The notes under the pieces were generated by a model. It did no database searches. It was not told where the DNA came from and worked only from the letters and a program-made list of their open reading frames with translations. From Moniliella sp. 'wahieum' (taxonomy: Eukaryota), in the NCBI GenBank assembly GCA_003971905.1, contig RSEE01000019.1, forward strand, positions 558,001-622,000: a stretch of DNA of 64,000 bases, given 5' to 3'. Both the position numbers and the translations under genes were made by a program. Each line of letters opens with the position of its first letter. The stretch's first letter is position 1. Below, piece after piece: positions 25,324 to 38,346 of the stretch.

Positions 25324-26096
25324 GGGTCATCCCGGGGCCCCGTCACTCCCGTGTTGATAGCACAGCTCTAATCTCCACCCCCCGGTATGGCTGCTCGCTC
25401 GCCATCTCATTTTTGACTCAAGGACTGAGAGCCGTTTCTCGTTATTACACTATTCAATCCCAATTCAGCAGGCGTTTTGACTCTCCCCTGTGTACTTTGA
25501 ACATCATTTTCGACCATCAACCATTTTGACTCCAGAGTGCCGTGTACCACTTATCACCATCATCGTAAACACCGTCTGCCGATCCCCGAGGATCCGCTTC
25601 TGTTCCCTTGTCTATGGCCGCCACCGGCCACGAGAATGATTATGACTCGTTCGATTCTCCTATGACCGACTAGTGACTCCCATCTTCTCTGCCCACACTC
25701 TGCATGTTGGATGGCTTACGAGGACCATAGTAGTTCCGTAATGTGAATGGGCTCGTAGTGCAGCCAGTCATAGGGAGTATCTAGGAATCAAGGGCGGAGC
25801 GATGTGTGGGAGGGGGGGGATTAGGCGTTGGGCTTCATATCAGATGGAGGTGTATGGACGGGCGGGTGCGTCCACAGCCACCGGCCAGGAGTGCGCAGCA
25901 GCTGCAATCCCGCAGCAGTGCAAGAGTAATTAAACCGGAGTCACGTGGCGCTCGGATTACAACCTGAATTCCGCCCTCATCAGCAAAGAGACGCGTGGGC
26001 GGCCTACCATACCCAGGCCACTTATATCCCAAGCAGGGGAGTGCCCCGCCACCACTACCACCAGGCGACGCCAGCAAGTCCGAGTTGGGACACGCC

Positions 26097-28580
26097 ATGA
26101 TCCGTATTCGCTCCAAGGATGGCCAGTTTCGCGTCACCGCAGATGCCGCCGACGATGCGTCAAACTGGGCTCCGAACTGGTCAAGCAGCTTCCCCAGATC
26201 GACCTCTCTAGCCTAACTTTCTCCAACCAGCCTCGCGGTGCGCCTGAGATGAAGCTCGATGATCTTGCCGGCACAAGCATTGCTGACTTGGGGTTATCGT
26301 AAGTACTGGATCTTGATTGTTCACGTTTCTTCCTTTGATGTTAACACCTATTGCACAGTCATGGCCACTTGCTCTATGCCAACTATCATGAAGCAGGTGA
26401 ATCCGCCCCGGCCCCCACATCGGAATCGCCCCCTTCTGCTGCCCTTCTTCACAGTTGTTTCTCCGCCGGATCCTTGCCGCCCGTGCCCAAGATCCCCGAG
26501 GCACCTGTGGACCAATACTGGGACGGACAAGATGGCAAGATTATGCGCAAGCGGGACCCCAACTTTTGTCGCCATGGGCCCCAGGGCATGTGTGACTACT
26601 GCATGCCACTCGAGCCGTACGACCCAAAGTACCAGAAAGAGCACAACATCAAGCACATATCATTCCACGCCCTTCTCAAGCAGAAAAATGTGGCGACCAA
26701 CAAGGCCCAGGGCTCTTCTTGGATACCTCCGTTGGAGGAGGAGGACTATCGAGTCAAGGTTCCCTGCCCATCAGGCCAGCATCCCGATTGGCCTGCCGGT
26801 ATTTGCACCAAGTGCCAGCCGTCAGCAATTACGCTTCAGCGCCAAGCTTTCCGTATGGTTGATCATGTTGAATTTTCTCATCCCTCACTGATCGAGAACA
26901 TGCTCCGCTTTTGGCGTTCTACCGCTTCGCAACGATTTGGGTTTTGCTTGGGAAGTACGAGCCGTACCCGGTCGTCCCCATGGGTATCAAGGCCAAGGTC
27001 GAAGCGATTCACGAGCCCCCTCAAGAGGGAGAGCTGGATGGTGTCACAATTGGCTGGCCTTGGACCGGGAAGGACGAGGTAGAAAAAGTGGCGGCTCAGT
27101 GCGGGCTGGAAGTGCTGGGATGATCTACACCGACTTGACCGCCGAGACGGAGAAGCGAAAGAGAGAGGATGGATCGGAGGATCCCAATCCTGTCCCAACA
27201 GGGAAGGTGCTGGTCAAACGGCACGCGAAGAGTTATTTCCTTTCGGGCAACGAGGTTCTTTTTGCGGCTCATATGCAGAACATGTTCCATTACTACACCA
27301 AGTTCGCTGAGGGGGCGCGCTTTGGCAGTCGTTTTGTCACATGCGTTGTCTCCGGTCAACTCGGGGGCGAGATTGGGGTGGAGGCGTATCAAGTGTCACT
27401 TCAAGCTGAGGCCATTGCCCGGGCCAATATGGTTCAGCCCAGTGTCCAGCCCAACACAATGCGTATCGCGTCCAATGAGAGCGCTTCCAAGAGCGCACCC
27501 CCTCCGGAAAAAATTGACGAGGGTAAAGAGGTGGCGTGGACCAAGCCCTACATTCCAGAAGTATTTTTCCGTTACAAGAACAAGTACGGCTTGGACGTGA
27601 AAGAATCGGCCAAGCCCACCTTCCCCGTTGAGTACCTGTTGGTGAATGTGACGAATGGCTTCCCCACCACCCGAATCCGCTCTTTATGAGCAGCGACTTC
27701 CCTATCGAGAACCGGCCCGGACTGGAAGACCAATCGGTTGAGGTGCTTCTCAACCGAGTCCACAAATTGCTTGGAAATGCCGAGCTGGAGCCGTACTCGC
27801 CCGAGGCGTCTTCCTCTGTTGACACGGATGATGGGTTACGACGCAAGTTGGTTTCCTTCCTCAGCGACTGGCATTTGTTGGCCTTTGTCCCTCGACCGGT
27901 CTTCTGTCGCAGAATGAGTTTGCTGCCATGGTTGAGGTCGCTGTGTCGCACGACAGTCACGCGGCTTTAAACAAACTCTTGGCTACACCAGGTTGGAAGA
28001 CACTGGCTACGTTGGCTAGGGAGCATGCACCTGCCACTTCAGGTGGTGCAGCGCTTGATGACGACGAGTTGACGCCAGAGGAGATTGCAGCGATCATTGC
28101 TAGCACTGAAGCCAGTCATATTGACACTGCCTCCTCTTCCAACCAGCCTTCTGGGAGTCGTGCGTCGCCGATTGGCGTGAGCGACCAACCCCTTTTGAAC
28201 CGTCCTCCTCCTCAGGTACCCACACATACGCGGGCTGCTGCAGAGGATGAGGCGTTCCTTTATGATGGAGAGGATGAGGATGTGGCTTTTGGTGCTGTGA
28301 GAGCGACAGCGACGACGATGTGGCATTTCAAGACACTCGAAGCCACACTTCGTGGGAACCCAACTCCAATCCCCAACCTCAGGCGGTGGTGGACGACGAC
28401 GACGATGTGCGGATGGGCGATACACCCCCTACGCTCGCTTCACAGCAACCCACCGAGGTGGCCTGCCCTACTTGTACTGTCCTCAATCCGGTCTCGAACG
28501 ATACGTGCTTTTTGTGCGGTCTACCGATGACATTTAGCACCCTCGCCTTCGTTACTACAAATGACTATTTGAGCACCTGA
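26097..28580 (+). CDS. NPL4: Npl4, Cdc48/Ufd1 cofactor, with a C-terminal NZF-type zinc finger
   Basis: [107 protein letters not shown] and a C-terminal ACPTCTVLN....TCFLCGLP. Confidence 0.95.
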
Positions 28581-28717
28581 GCAAGGAGTCTATCATGTAT
28601 GCAGTCGTAGTATGCAGGCGCATGTGGACTGAGTATATTCAGTTTCCAAATGGACAGTGATGGGGCGCGCTTGCTAGGTACCAGGCGGAAGATCAAGAGT
28701 AACCTTGCCTTGACCTT

Positions 28718-29582
28718 CTAGTAACAACGTTCAGCATCACGATCATCGATAGTGCCTCTCATCTCGACGCTCCCTGTCCCCGCCTTCTCTGTGCCGGGCG
28801 GACTCAAGCGATGGTGGTCGAGCGCGCGCGTCGCGTCGGACGAGGATACAGGTGAGCGGGAACGGGAGGGGGAATGGGAGCGGGAATGGGAGCGGGAACG
28901 GGAGCGGCCACGATGTGACCGCTCACTCGTGTCGGTCCCTTCTGCGGGAACCGTGTGACTCATGGCGATCGTCCCTGTGATGTTTATGGACGCGAGAAGA
29001 ATGGCGACTGCCATGGTCACGCTCCTTGTGCCTTGCATCCCGTTCACGGTCATGATCACGATGTCGGCGGTGTGGCTCGTGGTGTCCCTCTCGTCGGCGG
29101 TGACGCTCTTCTCGGCGTTTCTCCTTGACCTCCATCTTAGCAAGGGCCTTGGCAGCTTTTCGATCTTCCTTGCTCATCCCTGCTTCCAGCTCCTCGAGTC
29201 GCTTGTCCGTCTCCGCATCGCCTGCGTCGCCCCATTTGCGCATTGGGCCGGCAGTATTGTTGGCTCCTGTCCCGGCATCGCCGGGACGGCGTAGTGGGTT
29301 GGCAATCGGTTGGAATCCAAGGACCGAAGCCATAGCCTCCTGCTCCTGCCTCTTGATCTCATCAATCTCCTCCTTGCGGCGCTGAAGGGCGGCGTCCTTG
29401 TCGAGGGGGGCGCCAGAGGCGTCCTTGTTGTACCAATTGACATCCTTACCCTTTTGCCACCGCCCCGTGGGCGCCATGACAGAATGTCCCAGGTAATGCT
29501 CGCGCGACTTATCATTCTTGACGGCCTCCCAAGAAAAATCGGCGGCGCCGCCGCGTGTTCCGCCACGGGAGGGCATGTACAT
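28718..29582 (-). CDS. MMTAG2-like protein (kinase phosphorylation protein domain)
   Basis: SRGGTRGGAADFSWEAVKNDKSREHYLGHSVMAPTGRWQKGKDVNWY, then EEIDEIKRQEQEAM and an RS/RH-rich tail. Confidence 0.88.
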
Positions 29583-29902
29583 GATGGCGTGGACTAGTTG
29601 GCGACGGTGGTGTCGATGGCAGCGGAGGGGCTACCCTAGCTGCGTTCGTTGCAACCAAAAATGCTTACGTCAGAAGCTGACCGCCACAAGCCAAGATATC
29701 GATATGGTCACAACGTCACATGTGGCGGTCACGCGTGTCACATGACATGTCACATGTGGTGCTAGGGTTGCTTATGTCAGCTTGTGGAGCAAGCAGCCAG
29801 CCCACTCCCGCCATCCAGACAGCCACAGGGCCAGACGATGCTACCGATAGCGACCAACCAACTGTCAACCATCTTCCCGCTGCGTCTTTCTCCCCGTTCG
29901 CC

Positions 29903-30786
29903 ATGACGAGGCCAATTACGACTTCCTATACAAGGTCGTGCTTGTAGGCGACACTGCAACGGGTACGTGTACTCCCTTTGCTTGCCCGCCACAATCGGCG
30001 GATGCTCGGCTCCCACTCTGTCATCGGACATGTGCTCACCTCCTCTCCTTCACGCTCTTCCTCCCCGCCTCAATAGGCAAGTCCAACCTGCTTACCCGTT
30101 TCACCCGCAATGAGTTCAACCCGGACTAAAAGTACCATTGGCGTTGAGTTTGCCACGCGCAGTGTCCATGTTGACGACAAAGTAATCAAGGCCCAGATCT
30201 GGGACACAGCTGGCCAGGAACGGTATCGGGCCATTACATCGGCATACTACCGCGGCGCCGTCGGCGCGCTGCTCGTGTACGACATTGCCAAGCACCAGTC
30301 CTACGTCAATGTGGCTCGCTGGCTTAAAGAGCTCCGAGACCAAGCTGACAGCAACATTGTCATCATGCTCGTCGGCAACAAGAGCGATTTGAAGCACCTC
30401 CGTGCAGTCCCCACTGAGGAGGCTCAAGCCTTTGCTGGTTAGTCGCCTCTCCTTTCTTGAGCGAATAATTCTGACCCAACATCTCTCTAGCTGAAAATGG
30501 TTTGCTCTTTATCGAGACGTCTGCCAAGGAAGCGTCCAACGTGGAACCTGCTTCCAACAAATTATTACTGGTACGCTTGTCTACTCGGCCACGGTCTCGA
30601 TTGAGGCATTCATGCTGCGACTCACAAATCTCACCCTTTTCCCAATCCTCAGAAATCTACCACATTGCCGCCAAGCAAACCCTTCAAAATTCGGGCGATG
30701 GGATCAAGCCCTCGGGGGGCGAGACGATCACAGTCCAGCCCAGTGCCAACGATGGCGGCAACGATGCCAAGTCTGGATGCTGTTAA
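29903..30786 (+). CDS. YPT3: Rab11/Ypt31-family GTPase (introns)
   Basis: [81 protein letters not shown] and a C-terminal GCC prenylation motif. Confidence 0.95.
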
Positions 30787-32321
30787 GGCCATGCTGTGAG
30801 GGGCACCTACCCAGACCCCTGTAACCCGCTATTTTCCTTTCCTCTGTCACCGAGTCGCTACCCGAGAGACGTCTCCCTGCGAATCCCACTGGCTTACCTT
30901 TCGTTGCATCGGCAAGCCAGGAGCTCATGTAGAGGCTGTTTCGTCCTTTGTGCGAAAGAGGGGAAGTGAGAATAGAGATGGCGGTGAGAGAGGAGACATG
31001 TGGGAGAGAATTGCCCCGGGATGCGCGGTTACGCGCGCGCATGGCTCTCACCTAGCTATCCCGCCATCTAACGCGTATCATATAACATGGGGCAATTAAC
31101 GTTGTTTCTTAACCTGAGGCCTACCTGAAAACGAGCCTAGCGTCTGTTCATCTCTGAACCCGAGGACGGAAGTCCTCTTGGCATGCACAGCATCCCTGTA
31201 CGTCGATCACTGAAAACGGTGAACAAGAGGCCCACATGGGTAGCAGTATACAAACAAGCCAGGATGCGTGAGAAGCAAGAAATCAATTGGTAGGAGTGTT
31301 CCCCTCTAGGTTATGCCTTCAAGCAACGGCGACAGAGTCGCATCGCTCAACTGCTCTGAAATTAGAGGGTTCCCAAGCTCCCACTTCCAAGCGTGCGACC
31401 CGCGACTGGATCGGCGAAGCCAGCGGTACCGCAGTCCCCCTAGGGGGAAAGCAGTGACCAACCGACAGCGCGATCAACAGTTCGCGTGACCATAACGCCG
31501 GGGCCGCACGCGAGGAGGTGGGGGGGATCAATCTGGAGGCCGCCGCCCGGGTGTGCCGTAAAACAAAGTGTACACGTTCGCTCACCCCCCGAGGAGGCTA
31601 CCTGAGTTCACACCTCCCAATCAGACAGAAACGAGGCCAAACTAACACCAGTAACCAGGTGCAGCCTAACCCTATCGGCCCCCACGTGGAGGAGAAAAAG
31701 CAAGAGGCGGCACGCACATTTATAGGCCAGCCGGTGGCCACGGAATTCGGTGCAAACCAGCCAAAAAGACAGGGTGCGGAATACCTCCACACGAAGAAGA
31801 ATAGGGGTTCCGCTGTATTCGGTGCAAAGCCTGGGTGCGGGGCGAGGCGTCGATTACGCGTGCCCAGGGTGGGCTGCAACCTGCTGCGTTGGCTGAGCGG
31901 CAGCCGGCGGCTGGTGGCCAGTCACCCTGGTCACCTGACCTGAGCTGGGCGCGTGAAGCTTGAAGGCGTAGGCAGGCGGCAGGACACGGCACACGGAAGG
32001 CCAACACCCTGAGACTGCCCCTGTGCGGGAGGCGCGTGCGCCGGGGCGCCACACCGCAGTGCTTCTCGTTGTGTCGGCGCGCGCTCGGGACGCAAGACTG
32101 GCGCGGTGGGAGGGCGCTGCCCACCAGCGCGCCGGCGCAGTGGGCTGGCGGGGCTGGCTGGGCTGCTGCCTGCTCCCACACGCCGCCCGAGTGGAGCTGT
32201 CTGCGAGCCATTAATAAGGTCCCTTCCCCGCTTCGGCCCACCACCTCCGCGCCCCTCCTGCACACCCGCTGCTGGACAATCACCCGCGCCCCTCCCATCC
32301 CCCTGCCCCACCCTCTTCGCC

Positions 32322-33729
32322 ATGCGTGAGATCGTTCACCTGCAGACCGGCCAGTGCGGCAACCAGATCGGCACCAAGTTCTGGGAGGTCCTCTCTGACG
32401 AGCACGGCATCGATGGCACCGGTGCCTACGTCGGCAACTCGGACCTTCAGCTGGAGCGCATCGACGTTTACTAGTATGCACCATTCTCTTCTTCCTTTGC
32501 CCTGTGCCCTACTCACCACTCTCACTCCTCCAGCAACGAGGCCAGCAACTCCCGTTTCGTTCCCCGTGCTGTCCTGGTCGACCTTGAGCCCGGCACGATG
32601 GACTCCATCCGCTCGGGGTCAATGGGCGGCCTCTTCCGCCCTGACAACTTTGTCTTCGGCCAGTCGGGTGCGGGAAACAACTGGGCCAAGGGCCACTACA
32701 CTGAGGGGGCCGAGCTTGTCGACTCGGTGCTTGACGTGGTGCGGAAGGAGGCCGAGGGGTGAGCGACATGCTGCAGGGCTTCCAGATCACCCACTCCCTC
32801 GGTGTGGTACCGGCGCTGGCATGGGCACGCTCCTCATCTCCAAAATTCGCGAGGAATTCCCTGACCGTATGATGGCCACTTTCTCTGTTCTCCCTTCACC
32901 CAAGGTGTCCGACACGGTTGTTGAGCCGTACAACGCTACCCTCTCGGTGCACCAACTGGTTGAGAACTCGGATGAGTCGTTCTGCATTGACAACGAGGCC
33001 CTCTACGACATTTGCTTCCGTACCCTCAAGCTCAAGGCTCCTGGGTACGATGACCTGAACCACCTCGTTTCTCTCGTCATGTCCGGCATCACCACTTGCC
33101 TCCGCTTCCCCGGGCAACTTAACTCGGATCTGCGCAAGCTTGCTGTCAACATGGTTCCCTTCCCGCGTCTCCATTTCTTCATGGTTGGCTTTGCTCCTCT
33201 TACTGCCCGTGGCAGCCAACAGTACCGTGCCGTCACCGTCCCCGAGCTCACTCAACAGATGTTTGAGAGCAAAAACATGATGGCTGCTGCCGACCCACGC
33301 CACGGCCGGTATCTGACTGTCGCTGCCTACTTCCGTGGTGCGGTCTCGATGAAGGAGGTTGAGGACCAGATGCAGGCCACTCAAGCCAAGAACGCATCCT
33401 ACTTCGTCGAGTGGATTCCTAACAATGTGCAGACTGCTCACTGCGACATTGCCCCGCACGGAATGAAGATGGCGGTCACCTTCATCGGCAACTCGACCGC
33501 GATCCAAGACCTGTTCAAGCGTGTTTCGGAGCAGTTCTCGGCAATGTTCCGCCGCAAGGCTTTCCTCCACTGGTACACCTCTGAGGGCATGGACGAGCTC
33601 GAGTTTACCGAGGCCGAGTCTAACCTGCAAGACCTCGTGTCGGAGTACCAACAGTACGCCGAGGCCGGCATCGATGATGAGGAGTACCTTGAGGAGGAGG
33701 GCGAATATGAGGCTGAGCCCGAAGAGTAA
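32322..33729 (+). CDS. TUB2: Beta-tubulin
   Basis: [65 protein letters not shown] and an acidic tail. One intron at about 32475-32533. Confidence 0.98.
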
Positions 33730-35390
33730 CCTGCTTACCTGTCCTTGACAGTTTCCGATGTCGTCACAGGAAGCGGCACCCCTTTAGATTCCCAATTCGT
33801 TTCCCACGTGTGATTGTCCATTTGAGTCTGCCTCAACCAGCCCATTTTCTTCCCCCAGTTTCTCCAACACCGCCTGCTTCTCTACCCGTAGGTGCACAAT
33901 AAGAGAAACCCCACGTTTAGATCCCCTCACAGTACACCTCAATGCTTTTGTCAGCTCCACCGGGATGAGACGTGTGCCTCTAGAGCTTGAGCCACAGGCC
34001 TCATATGAGGGATCAGCCTGACCCTCCTGACTAGTAGGTAGTAACTAGCAAACTGGTCTAATGTGGAGCAAAACACGCCGGCTAATTTGCGTCACCTCGT
34101 CAACCATTTGAAGGAACGTCATCGTAATCATCAAACTTGAGCTGCTCAATGTCCCCACCCACAGATGGGACACCAGGCTTACAGCATTACAGGCGAGTGA
34201 GGCGGGTGAAGCTCGAAGCCTCAGACCTGAGGCCCTGTGACACGTGAGAGATCTAAGGCCTAAGGTGACAATGGTGCCGTGGGTCACAAAGTTAAGCAGT
34301 AATAGGGTGCCCTTTGAACACTGCTATGCCTTGGCGTTGCTTCCCATTGCCGAGCCCGAAGCAAAAGAAAAACTGGGCGCGATGTAAAAGTACCAACGCT
34401 CGAACAGACTGGTATTGGGTATTGCGTCAAAATATTTTGAACGACGTCTTGCAGTGCCCACTGCCCATGAGCGCATGAGCGCACCAGCTGGTCCACTGGG
34501 TACTGAGGCCCCTTGCTCGCGTGCGGAAGAACTTGTATCACGAACTAAAGGTGTAGCAGCCATTATGCATTGACAGGGTTTAACGTTTAACGCGTTTAAC
34601 GGTTTAATTGTCTCCATGCCCCTTTCGTTCCGCCCCCGACGGAATGGCACCTGTTCTGTCGGCATGGAAATATCCGTTTGCCATGGGCCTCCGCAGCAAC
34701 AGCTAATAGCCATTCGTCACTTCTCTCCCTTTCTTCGGCTACTGGTCAAGGCGGTCTCAAAAACAATCCTATGCACATCTGGAGCATGACTCCACCAGAT
34801 ACAGGGCACCTCCTTCAGATGGCTGGGCGTATGTCGTGAATGAACAAGCCCGTTTCCGTTAGCCTTACAACAACGCCGATTACAAATCGCCAAGCCTTTC
34901 TCTCGATGGAATCGTTGGGTGTACTGAAACCCAACGTGCGTGCTCAACGTCAGCCTCGGGGGAAATGATGGAATGAGATGAATCAGTATCTTTTTGCGGG
35001 GAGGGGATAGAGCAGGGAACATGATGAAGCCTGGAGACTGAGCTAGGTCGGCACAGACCCGAGAGTGGAGAACTTCGAGGGAGCAACGCTATATGAAGGT
35101 GCGCCATGGGAGGTACGAGTGGGAAGAAATGGCTAACCAACACCATGATGGGGGGTCAGCAACGAACAGGGACAGGGAAGGGGCATGGAAGCAGGAGATG
35201 ATAACGACTCACCAGCAGCTACCTTGCCCGTTCCCCTCAAGAGAAGAAGTGCCGACAGCGGTCACGCCATCGAACAGCGCCACCAGCACGGGCGTATCCC
35301 AGCACTTGGAAATAGCAAGATGGAGCAGATCCAGCCTACCGACGCGCGGCTGCTCTGGGGCCAAGCCAAAATGGAATAGGGAACGACAAG

Positions 35391-35861
35391 TTACATGGCT
35401 TTGGCCACCAGCTCGCCGCCGCAACCCACACGCACAGCATCCTTGATTTCCATGAACCCCCTTGGACCCGTGTTGATGATACCCACTTCACCGAGGCGAA
35501 GAGGAGGCATGTACTTTGCGCGGCGGCCCGTAGCAAGCTTCATCAGCTCGTCACGCTCGAAAATGAGTTTCCTTCCCGGCTTGGAAACCATCTTGAAATA
35601 CTCAAGCACTGCGCGGTCATCGGCGCGGTACTTGAGGTCGATCCAAAACCTGCGGTCGCCATGGGAGGGGGCGTGGATCCAGGCAGTGGGGCTGTGCGGG
35701 ACCTGGTTGGTGCCGCGGGAGATGTTGGAGAGGAAGCCTTGGTTGAGCAGCACCATGGCCATGCCCAAGTTGTCGTGGGTGGCCGCCACGGGAAGCGTGC
35801 GCACGCCGCGGCGCGCACCGTTCTGGATGCGCAACACAAACTCGGCAATGGGAGCCAGCAT
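35391..35861 (-). CDS. MRPS8: Mitochondrial ribosomal protein S8 (uS8m)
   Basis: IQNGARRG...VLLNQGFLSNISRGT...FWIDLKYR...MVSKPGRK...GEVGII...MEIKDAV...GGELV. Confidence 0.88.
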   Translation of the reverse strand: MLAPIAEFVLRIQNGARRGVRTLPVAATHDNLGMAMVLLNQGFLSNISRGTNQVPHSPTAWIHAPSHGDRRFWIDLKYRADDRAVLEYFKMVSKPGRKLIFERDELMKLATGRRAKYMPPLRLGEVGIINTGPRGFMEIKDAVRVGCGGELVAKAM

Positions 35862-36137
35862 TGGGCAGCACGCGGGCGCCGGCGGGGAGGTGGGGGTGAG
35901 GGGGGTGGGAGGGGGGCACGGCGGCGCCAGCAGGCTCCAGCGCAAGAAGAAGGATCGGGGCGGGCGGAATGGAGACACGGGTGGCGGGCGGAATTGGCCT
36001 GGGCCCCAGCCGAGACCCGGCAATTTGCTCGGTTGCTCGACTTTGCCTCCCTCAGCGTGCACTTGGCCGAGGCGCTTGCTCACTTCTCTCGCGTCACTCC
36101 CACGTCAGCAGTACCGCGGCTTGTGAACTGGCCTACC

Positions 36138-37423
36138 ATGCCGCTTTCGTTTGAAGAGATGCGCGAGTGTGCGGGCGCGCTCAGCAAGGGCGTGGGCGCC
36201 GGCGCGTGGAAAGACGTGGAGGCGCTACTCAAGCGTCTCCGCGACCATGCCGAGCCCACTGAGGAACAGATCCGCTCCACCAAGTTGGGCAAGACCATTG
36301 GCACGCTGCGCAAGTCCACCGAGCCCCACATCTCCGATTTGGCAAAGGCCATCGTCAAGAAATGGCGCAACAAGGTCGAAGCCGACAAGGGCAAAGACGG
36401 CAAGAGGAAGGCCGAATCCAAGCGTACGTCGTGTGACCATGCCCCATTCCCATGCTCGCTTGTTCGGATACTGATCCCTGTCCATCTGTATGTAGCTTCT
36501 ACCTCTTCCAAGACAGACCCTCCCAAATCGGCCTCGCCTGCACTGTCTGTTTCTCCCACCAAGCCCTCGCCGGCTCCCACTGCTACCTCACCAACTAAAC
36601 CAGCCAAGCCGACTCCTTCCTCGTCTACTTCCAAGCCTGCCGTGCCCCGAAGTACAACCAAGATTGACTTTGATGTTCTCGGGGACCGAGTTAGGAATGC
36701 TTGTCTTAAGCTCTTGTTCCAAAGCCTCGAAGTTGACTTGAAGGACGGTGAGTTGCACGTCTCACATGATCCTGCCAAGGAGACTGAGTACTGACCGGAA
36801 TCCCGTCTTGTCAGACAAGGTGGTTGCCTACGAGATGGCGCTTGAGATTGAGAAAGCTGTTTTTACCAAGTGTGGGAACGGAGAGACAAATGGGGAGTAC
36901 AGGACCAAGGTGCGTTCGCTTTCTCTAAATCTCAAGGACAAGAACCCTGCGTTGCGACAAGGCGTACTTGATGGTCAGATCGATCCTGCTGCGCTGGTGA
37001 CGATGACTCCGGCTGAGATGGCCTCGGACGCGCGTAAAGCCGAGCGCCAGCGGCTTCAGGCACAAAATTTGTTCAATGCCCGCGCTGCTGAGCCACAGGA
37101 AGCCGAGACGGACATGTTTGAGTGCTCGCGCTGCCATCAGCGCAAGGTGCGCTACTTTGAGAAGCAGACGCGTAGCGCTGACGAACCCATGACCGGTACG
37201 TTTTTCTTTTTCTATGCTTTGCGTTTTGAGATGGGCACTAACGCGCTGCGCTTTGGGCTACAGTGTTCTGCACCTGCACCAACTGTAACTTCCGGTACGC
37301 CTGGATCCGGCTCCTTTCTCTTACCTGCTTTGCGAGACGTACTAACATCCCTTGTGGTTCCTTTGGGTGTGGCCTTCGCATCTGCCTCTCTGCGATTCCT
37401 CCTTCAGCTGGAAGTTTTCGTGA
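36138..37423 (+). CDS. DST1: Transcription elongation factor TFIIS (three introns or more)
   Basis: N-terminal TFIIS domain (IRSTKLGKTI...LAKAIVKKWR), YRTKVRSLSLNLKDKNP and the zinc ribbon CSRC...QTRSADEPMT-VFCTCTNC...WKFS. Confidence 0.95.
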
Positions 37424-38346
37424 GCATGCCTTGCTGGAGGTGGAGCAGATCGGGTTAAGCACAAGGCTGAAACTAAGCCCGGGGCACGTATTCATCCGAT
37501 CCACCGTCGGATTCGTACCGTACCACGGGTGCCAGATGTCAGATGTCAGACCTCATGCATACACCTTTCATCTGTTACATGTTACTGCTTCACTCCGTCG
37601 GGCTGGATGGACTAGCTGGCTAGCCTGCATTCCTCGAATAAAAGATACAAACAGCTTCGAGCGCCTACTTGCAGGGTACATGGATCTGCCTATCTGGATG
37701 GCAGTCAGTCCACTCGGCGTGCTCGCGCCTACGCCCAAGTGGGTTGGTTGCGATGCAGATAGAGAGCTTGCCTATTACTACGCTAACGTTGATACGCCGT
37801 GAGGCTGCACGCCCGCGGCCTGCTGCCGCCAATGCCCCCACACACTCTTTCACGGCCTCCTGTCACCACAAGTCCACCGCCGCCTCTCTCTGTCTCCACT
37901 CATCTATAGCCTCAGGACTGCGCCAACACCCGTTTGGGAGCTTCGGTCGTGCAAGGAGGGGACGGAGGGCGAATCTGAGTGGGTCAGATGGTGGACACAA
38001 CGGCATATCTTGCTAGGCGCACAAAGTTACCCTGTCCCTCGCTGGTGCAGTCCACGCACATGCTGTCATGGTTCAGGAGATAGGATAGCATAGCGCAGCA
38101 TCAATTGCATTGTCTTCCTGGGTTCAAGAAAGCAAACTGCAAGACAATGTGTTGTCTTTTAACGTGGGGGGTGACGGGGGATGAGGGCAGGAAACAGATC
38201 GTGGCATGATATGTAAAAAGCAAAGGAAAGGAAGCGGGTGGGGGGGCATGTCCATTGTTGCCATAGAGGCGCGTCACAGCTAGCCGCCGAGCGAGAGGGC
38301 GAGGTTAGCAATGCAGGGTACCTTTCCCTTACAAAGGAGAGTCGGG

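Noticed and set aside
31312..31970. Possible MITE bounded by TATGCCTTCAAGC / GCTTGAAGGCGTA
   Set aside because: The 12/13 inverted match is built on the common CTTGAAG heptamer, and no convincing TSD is present.
32870..32990. Benzimidazole-resistance substitutions in beta-tubulin
   Set aside because: F167 (MMATFSV), E198 and F200 (ENSDESFC) are the usual sensitive residues.
32322..33729. Calling beta-tubulin and other frameshifted genes pseudogenes
   Set aside because: Protein conservation is near perfect and indels are spread over all genes, consistent with sequencing error.
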